Assembly: GCA_963719315.1 (NCBI GenBank)
Contig: CAVRBU010000002.1
Coordinates: forward strand, 1,568,001-1,632,000
Direction of reading: 5' to 3'
DNA length: 64,000 nt
DNA from: an uncultured Planctomycetota bacterium
GTDB lineage: Bacteria; Planctomycetota; Planctomycetia; Pirellulales; Lacipirellulaceae
Shown here in pieces: positions 58,165 through 64,000 of this stretch. The translations under genes were made by a program, and so were the position numbers. Every line of letters starts with the position of its first letter. Positions within the stretch are counted from its first letter, which is position 1. Under the pieces are notes generated by a model. That model had not been told where the DNA came from, did not search any database, and saw nothing but the letters and a program-made list of their open reading frames with translations.

Positions 58165-59250
58165 CTATTCTACTTCTTGCATGTAGCGCAGAAACTTGGC
58201 TTCGAGCATCTTCAGATCGCTGCCAAAGATGCTTTGGATATCTGCCATCCGCTCCGTAGCCGGGTATTCGCTGAACAGCGGTCTCGCGGCGGTCAACGCC
58301 AGATAGTCGGCGTACTGCCGCGGTTGCGTTTCGCACAAGTAGAACGACAGCGCCCAGGCCTCGGCGTACGCGCCGTCCTGATCGCTGCGAAAAGCGTCGT
58401 CAGTCGAGAGCAACATGGCCAGCGAGCCGGGCTGCCGCCGCTTGGCCAAATAGTTGCGGAAGCCGGCCAGCCGGCCGCGATTCACGCGATCGGCTTGGGT
58501 GTGATCGTATCGCGCGCTCCACACGCCGGGTGCCTCGAACATCGTGGCCAAGCCCTCGACTAACCAGCGCGGCTCGGCTGCGAAGCGGCGATGTACTCCA
58601 ACGTTGTACGCGGTCTGGTGCGTGGCCTCGTGGATGATCGTTTCCGCGTTTTCCGACCAATCGACGCCGCTCTTGTCAGCCGTTGCATCGAACAAGAACA
58701 CGCGATTCGTCAGCGGATCGTAGTGCCCGAGCGTGTTGGGATGCATGGGCGTGCCACTGGCAGCGGCGTTACGCATATATTCAGCCTGGTTGCGAAACAC
58801 CACGGCCACGAGCGGGTATGGCGGCTCGGCGAGAGCAAAGCCGCGGACGCGAAAATAATGACCGAACCGGTTGTACAAATCCTCGAAGCGATCGGCCCAC
58901 TGGTCGCGTTGGCCCTGCGGATGCACGACCAGGTAATGCCGCGTCGTAGATACCTCGAAGCGGTTGCCGAATTCCTGTTCGAGTGCCGTCTTCATCTCGG
59001 CCGGCGAGTAGCCTACAAACTGCGGACCCGTTTTGGCGGCATCCTGGGCCAGCTTCGGATTGAATTGGTGCAGCTGGCCGTCGCGTCCCAACAGCAGCAT
59101 GTGCTCGGCATCCCAGGAGAGTGGCTTGCCTTCGAGCACCTGCCCTTCGACGCTCGCCCGAAACATGAATTCGGCAGCAGGGGCGTGTAAGACACATGCT
59201 GCCGTCCATGTCGCTAAGGCACATAGACTGAGGTGGAAAGGACATTTCAT
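58165..59250 (-). CDS. DUF1570 domain protein (zincin-like HExxH)
   Basis: TIIHEATHQTAYNVG, PRWLVEGLATMFE and YAEAWALSFYL. Confidence 0.85.
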   Translation of the reverse strand: MKCPFHLSLCALATWTAACVLHAPAAEFMFRASVEGQVLEGKPLSWDAEHMLLLGRDGQLHQFNPKLAQDAAKTGPQFVGYSPAEMKTALEQEFGNRFEVSTTRHYLVVHPQGQRDQWADRFEDLYNRFGHYFRVRGFALAEPPYPLVAVVFRNQAEYMRNAAASGTPMHPNTLGHYDPLTNRVFLFDATADKSGVDWSENAETIIHEATHQTAYNVGVHRRFAAEPRWLVEGLATMFEAPGVWSARYDHTQADRVNRGRLAGFRNYLAKRRQPGSLAMLLSTDDAFRSDQDGAYAEAWALSFYLCETQPRQYADYLALTAARPLFSEYPATERMADIQSIFGSDLKMLEAKFLRYMQEVE

Positions 59251-59392
59251 AGGCGTATTTCCTCGGCCTAGCCGCGGGCCTGCGGCCCGCCGGTCCTTGG
59301 CCATTACAAGCCTAGCTCACGCCCTCGACGGCAAGCGGCAGACAACCGTGCTCCCAACCGGTAAAATAAGGGAAAACGAAAAGGATCGGCCG

Positions 59393-60721
59393 ATGAAACT
59401 TCGAATTTTGGCAACAGTGCTGGTCTGTGTAATTGCGGGAACTGCCCGACCGGCCGAAAAACCGGCATCGGCCGACTCCAGCACGCAGTTCGAACGACAA
59501 ATCACCATACTCCTCACCCAATTGAACGACGATCTAGCGGCCGAACGCGATGCGGCGGAAAAGAAGCTGCTGGAGTTGGCCGGCACCAACACGGCCCAGG
59601 CGGATCGCTTTCTCGCGACGCTGCCCAAAGACAACGACCAAATGCCGCTGGCCGTGCGCGATCGATTGTCGCGCATCCGCAAACAAGTCGAAGATCGCGT
59701 TGCCAAGGCGGCAACCGGTGCGACGACGATCACACTTTCGGCCAAAAACATGTCTCTGGCCGAGGTGTTCAAAGCGATTGAACAACAAACGGGCAACAAA
59801 CTTGTCGACAATCGCGAGGAGCAGGAGGACGCCGCGGCAAAGAACACGGCGATAACCATCGAACTAAAGGACGAGGAGTTCTGGCCGGCAATCGACCAAA
59901 TCCTCGACCAGGCGAAGCTGGGCATCTACAGCTACGGCGGCGAGGAGGCATTGTCGATCGTGGCCCGCGGCGGCGACGACGGCCCGCGGCGCAGCCGGGC
60001 TGTGTACCAGGGGCCGCTGCGGTTCGAAGTGTTGGACGTGCAGGCGCAGCGCAGCCTGCGACGGCCGAAAGAGAAGTCGCTCAAGCTGCAACTCGAAGTG
60101 GGCTGGGAGCCGCGGATTCGCCCGATTGCCCTGTCGCAGCCGGTTGCCGACATCGAGGCCACCACCGACGATGGCGGCAAGCTCACCGCGGGACAGCCGG
60201 ATGCCGTTCAGGACGTCGAGGTGCCAAACGGCACGCAGGCCGCCGAGATCGTGCTGCCGTTCGAATTACCGGGGCGAGACGTCAAAAAGATTATCAAACT
60301 GCATGGTAAGCTGCACGCCCTCATGCCGGGGCGGCATGCCAAGTTCGAGTTTACGGACCTGGCCAAAGCGGCCGGGAAAACGCAGCGTCTGGGAGGAGTG
60401 CAGGTTACGCTGGACGATGTGAAGAAAAACAACGCCATTTGGGAAATCCACATGCGGTTCGCCCTTGATGAAGCAAATGGCGCGCTGCAATCGCATCGTG
60501 GCTGGGTATTCCAGAATTTGTCGTACCTCGTCGACAAGGACGGCAAGCGGATCGAAAACGCCGGCTTCGAAACGACGCGGCAAACGCCCAACGAGGTCGG
60601 CGTGGCATACCTATTCGATGTACCGGAAGGCCTCGATGGCCTGACCTGGGTGTACGAAACGCCGGCCGCGATCGTTGATTTGCCGGTGGAGTACGAACTC
60701 AAGGACATCGAGCTGCCGTAG
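59393..60721 (+). CDS. Secreted hypothetical protein
   Basis: ATG 59393 after an AAGGA RBS, signal peptide MKLRILATVLVCVIAG, uninterrupted ORF. Confidence 0.75.
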   Translation: MKLRILATVLVCVIAGTARPAEKPASADSSTQFERQITILLTQLNDDLAAERDAAEKKLLELAGTNTAQADRFLATLPKDNDQMPLAVRDRLSRIRKQVEDRVAKAATGATTITLSAKNMSLAEVFKAIEQQTGNKLVDNREEQEDAAAKNTAITIELKDEEFWPAIDQILDQAKLGIYSYGGEEALSIVARGGDDGPRRSRAVYQGPLRFEVLDVQAQRSLRRPKEKSLKLQLEVGWEPRIRPIALSQPVADIEATTDDGGKLTAGQPDAVQDVEVPNGTQAAEIVLPFELPGRDVKKIIKLHGKLHALMPGRHAKFEFTDLAKAAGKTQRLGGVQVTLDDVKKNNAIWEIHMRFALDEANGALQSHRGWVFQNLSYLVDKDGKRIENAGFETTRQTPNEVGVAYLFDVPEGLDGLTWVYETPAAIVDLPVEYELKDIELP

Positions 60722-60757
60722 CGTTTTCCTTTTCATGTGCGGTGGACTATTCCAACG

Positions 60758-61267
60758 CTAATCCAGGCTCTTTTTCCGCTCCGCCTTTTGTTCCACGATC
60801 TCATCACGCGTGTGGCGATATTCAGCCTGGCGACGCTCCAACACCTTTTCGATAGGCCCCAACACGCCCAGCACGAAAAGCGTTACGATTGCCGACGCTA
60901 TTGCGAGCGCGTACTCGCCCAAGCCGGCGGCTGTGCCGAGCGCGGCCGATAGCCAGATCGAACTGGCGGTCGTGAGGCCCTTAATCTGCTGCTTCTGGTC
61001 GAGCTTCAGAATCGTGCCGGCGCCCAAAAAGCCGATTCCCGAGGCGATGCCTTGAATGACGCGTGAAACGGCTTCGCCTTGTCGCGCGGAAATTGTAATG
61101 CCGGCGATCACAAAGATGGCGCAGCCGATAGCGACCAGCATGTGCGTGCGAAATCCAGCCCAATGCCCTTTCCATTCGCGTTCCAGGCCAATCACGCCGC
61201 CGAGAATGGCGGCAACGCCGATTCGCGTTAGGTCATCCCAGAATATTGGTGACTCCACGGCGAGCAT
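60758..61267 (-). CDS. MgtC/SapB family membrane protein
   Basis: GGVIGLERE, AGFRTHMLV, GIGFLGAGTI and GLTTASSIW. Confidence 0.93.
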   Translation of the reverse strand: MLAVESPIFWDDLTRIGVAAILGGVIGLEREWKGHWAGFRTHMLVAIGCAIFVIAGITISARQGEAVSRVIQGIASGIGFLGAGTILKLDQKQQIKGLTTASSIWLSAALGTAAGLGEYALAIASAIVTLFVLGVLGPIEKVLERRQAEYRHTRDEIVEQKAERKKSLD

Positions 61268-61300
61268 ATTTCGGCTGCAAATCAAGGCAAGAAACCAAGA

Positions 61301-61375
61301 ATCTCACGCAGAGGCGCAGGGGACGCAGAGTCCGCTGAGTAATAGCTCCGCGGACTCTGCACCTCTGCATGAGAT
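61301..61375. repeat. CGCAGAG-type periodic inverted-repeat element (no gene inside)
   Basis: atctcacgcagaggcgcaggggacgcagag ... ctccgcggactctgcacctctgcatgagat. Confidence 0.85.
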
Positions 61376-61398
61376 CTTCCACGGATAGGCTAAGAAAA

Positions 61399-62700
61399 TC
61401 AACCCAGAAGCTCGCGAACCACCTCGCCGCCGTCGACGAGTTTGATCGGGCGGCCGATGCGGCTCATGTTTTCGTGGTCGGCGTCGATGCCGAGCGTGGT
61501 ATAGACCGTGCGGAACAGGTCGCTAACGGTGACCGGCCGGGCCTCGACCTCGACGCCGCCGGCATCCGTTTCGCCAACGACCTGCCCGCCGCGGATGCCA
61601 CCGCCGGCCAGCACCACGTTGAAAGCCCGCGGATAATGATCGCGACCGCTGCGGGCGTTGATCCGCGGGGTGCGGCCGAATTCGCCCATCCAAATCACGA
61701 GCGTGCGATCGAGCATGCCGCGCTCGCGGAGGTCGGTCACAAGCTTGGCCATGGGCTGGTCAATCGTGCCGTTGTTGTTGGCGGTGCGATTGAAATTGTC
61801 ATCATGTGTGTCCCACCCTTCCTGATTGACTTCGACAAACGTCACGCCCGATTCGACCAGTCGCCGGGCCAACAGGCAACCGGCGCCGAATTTCGTGCGC
61901 CGATACGCGTCGCGCATTTTATCCGACTCTTTACTCAGGTCGAATGCCGCCATCCTCGGGCTCTGGATCATGTCCGACGATTTATGGATGAGCTTCTGGT
62001 GGTCGCGGACCAGGTCGGCACCTTCGACCGCACCGAAATCGGCCTCCACTTGCTTGAGCATTTCGAGTCGGCGGGCGTAGCGTTCATCGCGTGTGGCCGG
62101 CTGCGTATTCTCCGGCTTGGCCTCCGGATTCTGCAGCACGAACGGATCGTAATCGACGCCCAGGAAGCCGCCATTGCCGGCGTCGGCGTTTTTGCCGCCG
62201 ATTCGTACAAAACTGGGGATGTCGAAGCCGGGCGTGCCGATCTGCTGGGCGACGTGGGAGCCGAGCGTCGGGAACTTGACTCCACCCATTGGGAGGTATC
62301 CGTGGTGCAACAGGAACGTGGCCCGCGGATGGCTCCCCTCTTTGCTGGTCATCGAGCGCACGATGGCCAGGTTTTTCATCGCGGCGGCACACTTGGGCAG
62401 ACTTTCGGCGATCTGAATGCCGGAGACGGCCGTAGAGATCGCTTTCGTCTCACCACCATTTTCGTGGCCCGGCTTCGGACTGAACGTCTCGAATTGGCTG
62501 GGACCGCCGCCCATCCAGAGCAGAATGCAGGCCATGCCGCGTTTTCGCAGATCGTCGGCCGACATCACGATCGGATCGGTCCAGCTCACGATGCCGGCCG
62601 CTGCGCCGGCGGCTGCCGCTACTCGCAAAAAGTCGCGACGATGCACGACGCAGTCGCAGTTCGTCCGGGCGTGAATGTGGCGTTCAAGTTTGAGAATCAT
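61399..62700 (-). CDS. DUF1501 domain protein (Tat-like signal)
   Basis: RRDFLR, LWMGGGPSQFETFSPKP, CLLARRLVESGV, GWDTH and GEFGRTPRIN...GRDH. Confidence 0.93.
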   Translation of the reverse strand: MILKLERHIHARTNCDCVVHRRDFLRVAAAAGAAAGIVSWTDPIVMSADDLRKRGMACILLWMGGGPSQFETFSPKPGHENGGETKAISTAVSGIQIAESLPKCAAAMKNLAIVRSMTSKEGSHPRATFLLHHGYLPMGGVKFPTLGSHVAQQIGTPGFDIPSFVRIGGKNADAGNGGFLGVDYDPFVLQNPEAKPENTQPATRDERYARRLEMLKQVEADFGAVEGADLVRDHQKLIHKSSDMIQSPRMAAFDLSKESDKMRDAYRRTKFGAGCLLARRLVESGVTFVEVNQEGWDTHDDNFNRTANNNGTIDQPMAKLVTDLRERGMLDRTLVIWMGEFGRTPRINARSGRDHYPRAFNVVLAGGGIRGGQVVGETDAGGVEVEARPVTVSDLFRTVYTTLGIDADHENMSRIGRPIKLVDGGEVVRELLG

Positions 62701-62733
62701 CGTACCGATTCCTAGTTCCAATTCCGAAAATAT

Positions 62734-62910
62734 GACCACGGAGGCACGGAGGACACGGAAAATCAATAGCGGATTAACCGCTAACAAGCGCTAATAACCA
62801 GCTATTTGAATTCAATACCACATAGTTAAAACTTGCGCTCCCACAGCGAACAATAGCGGAAAACAAATCTCTAGCTTCTATTTCTCCGTGTCCTCCGTGC
62901 CTCCGTGGTC
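62734..62910. repeat. Perfect 26-bp CACGGAG-type periodic inverted repeat enclosing a 125-nt AT-rich spacer
   Basis: gaccacggaggcacggaggacacgga (62734-62759) is the reverse complement of 62885-62910. Confidence 0.93.
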
Positions 62911-62918
62911 AAAAATTC

Positions 62919-64000
62919 TCATCGTCGATGGGAAAACTCTGAAGAGTTTAGTAAGGCCCAGAGCAGGTCTTCGAATACGGCTGGTCGATTCTTGGTGCTT
63001 TTGCAATACGCGAGCGCGGTTGTCATTTCCTTATCAGTTGGCTGGCGCGAGAAGGTTCGCAGGTAGAGGTCTTCCACAACCGCATTGTTGTCTGTGGTCG
63101 ATTCGAGCAGCCGGCCGAGCATTGTGTCGTTGCCGATGGCTCGCACGCCCAGATTGATTCGCACGCCATTCATCAGCGCCAGGGCTTGGGGAATCGAGGC
63201 ATTCACGGTTTCCCGCGGGTCGCTGGGGTCGTAGCCAAACGCCACTTCAAACGAGCCGCGAACTGAGGCATTCGGACCATAGGGCTTGCCGCCCTCCGGG
63301 CGACCGCGACGGGTCTGCTGCGCCTCCTGCTCGGGTGAGTCGAGCGCACTCAACAGCGCGTCGAACAGTTGATCGCTACGGAGTGGCTGGGCGACGGTGG
63401 CGGCGAACGGCGTGCCGTCCACCTCGCGACGCGGCCGACTTTCGCGCTGGTAGGCATCGGTCGCACAAATCGTGCGAAACAGCCATTTGATATCGAAGTC
63501 GTTCGCTGCGAAACCCCGGCTCAGCAATTCCACCGTTTTTGGCGCGGAGGGTTTTCGATCGGGACCCATGTCGTCGATCGGCTGATAAAACCCTTCGCCC
63601 ACGAGCTCGCCCCAAATCCGGTTGACAAACGCGGTCGCGAACCATGGATTCTGCGTCATCCATTTGGCGACGGTCCCGCGACGCTCGGCATCGGGCGTGC
63701 CAAACGGCATCTTGGCCGACGTGAGGAAGAACTTTGGTTGCATCTTCGTGCCGGGTGCGGTCGGGTTGTCGAGGTTCGGCATGTAGTGCTCGGGCTTGCC
63801 GCGGCGGTTGTCGGCGTTCGGCCGGCGGCCGTTATCGGGCCGGTCGTCGGAGACGACTTCGAAGCTCCGCCGCACCGGCGACTGAACGGGTCGCACGGCG
63901 ATCCGCGGGAAGAATGCGGCAAACTCGTGAAACTGCTCGCGCGTCCAACGGTCGGTTTTATGATCGTGGCACTGGGCGCATTGGATTTGGATGCCAAGGA
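62919..64000 (-). CDS. DUF1549/DUF1553 domain protein, C-terminal part (indel near 63900)
   Basis: LGIQIQCAQCHDH, NPWFATAFVNRIW, FDIKWLFRTI, QALALMNG and EDLLWALLNSSEF. Confidence 0.9.
   Translation of the reverse strand, partial: LGIQIQCAQCHDHKTDRWTREQFHEFAAFFPRIAVRPVQSPVRRSFEVVSDDRPDNGRRPNADNRRGKPEHYMPNLDNPTAPGTKMQPKFFLTSAKMPFGTPDAERRGTVAKWMTQNPWFATAFVNRIWGELVGEGFYQPIDDMGPDRKPSAPKTVELLSRGFAANDFDIKWLFRTICATDAYQRESRPRREVDGTPFAATVAQPLRSDQLFDALLSALDSPEQEAQQTRRGRPEGGKPYGPNASVRGSFEVAFGYDPSDPRETVNASIPQALALMNGVRINLGVRAIGNDTMLGRLLESTTDNNAVVEDLYLRTFSRQPTDKEMTTALAYCKSTKNRPAVFEDLLWALLNSSEFSHRR

Noticed and set aside
61369..62715. Long plus-strand ORF (also 3196-4437, 5244-6365, 21530-22684)
   Set aside because: These are antisense shadows of well-supported genes, which is common in high-GC DNA.
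62760..62884. Spacer as a decayed GxxExxY gene (minus-strand GCGCAAGTTTTAACTAT resembles AQVLNY)
   Set aside because: The match is too short and needs an indel, so it cannot be supported without a search.

Overview
GC-rich bacterial chromosome segment, most likely from a planctomycete of the Pirellulales type. This is supported by the DUF1501/DUF1549-DUF1553 pair, DUF1570, an LEPR-XLL motif, a PEP-CTERM protein and tandem clpP genes. Many conserved genes are split by single-base indels and there is a ~100-nt poly-A run, which points to an unpolished long-read assembly. Layout: (1) 1-14.3 kb, minus-strand housekeeping genes: lysC, a GxxExxY gene, an apgM-like gene, hom, a redoxin, aspS, oleD/oleC-like genes, two clpP, tig and tRNA-Gly(GCC). 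(2) 14.4-22.7 kb: ASCH, an IS630 inserted at a TA in codon 6 of a membrane-protein gene, an M28 peptidase, DUF4254, two GT4s, a probable type ISP R-M remnant and a GT9 heptosyltransferase. (3) ~22.9-51.5 kb, a visibly lower-GC mosaic Wzx/Wzy-type polysaccharide locus: WbaP-like initiator, flippase, putative Wzy, several GT4s, two epimerases, three methyltransferases, an MBOAT/SGNH O-acylation pair, a large RTX + G8-domain secreted protein, a PEP-CTERM trypsin-like protein and IS3/ISKra4 remnants. (4) 52-64 kb: penicillin acylase family gene, an unannotated 29-aa Lys/Arg-rich ORF, ychF, TPR, DUF1570, MgtC, DUF1501 and DUF1549/1553. The most striking unexplained structure is a set of short periodic (7- to 9-nt unit) inverted-repeat elements. 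One brackets a GxxExxY PD-(D/E)XK nuclease gene inserted into the aspartate-pathway operon. Others occur as gene-less copies directly after stop codons, and three repeat tracts sit in-frame inside protein-coding genes. No CRISPR array, rRNA or prophage was seen.
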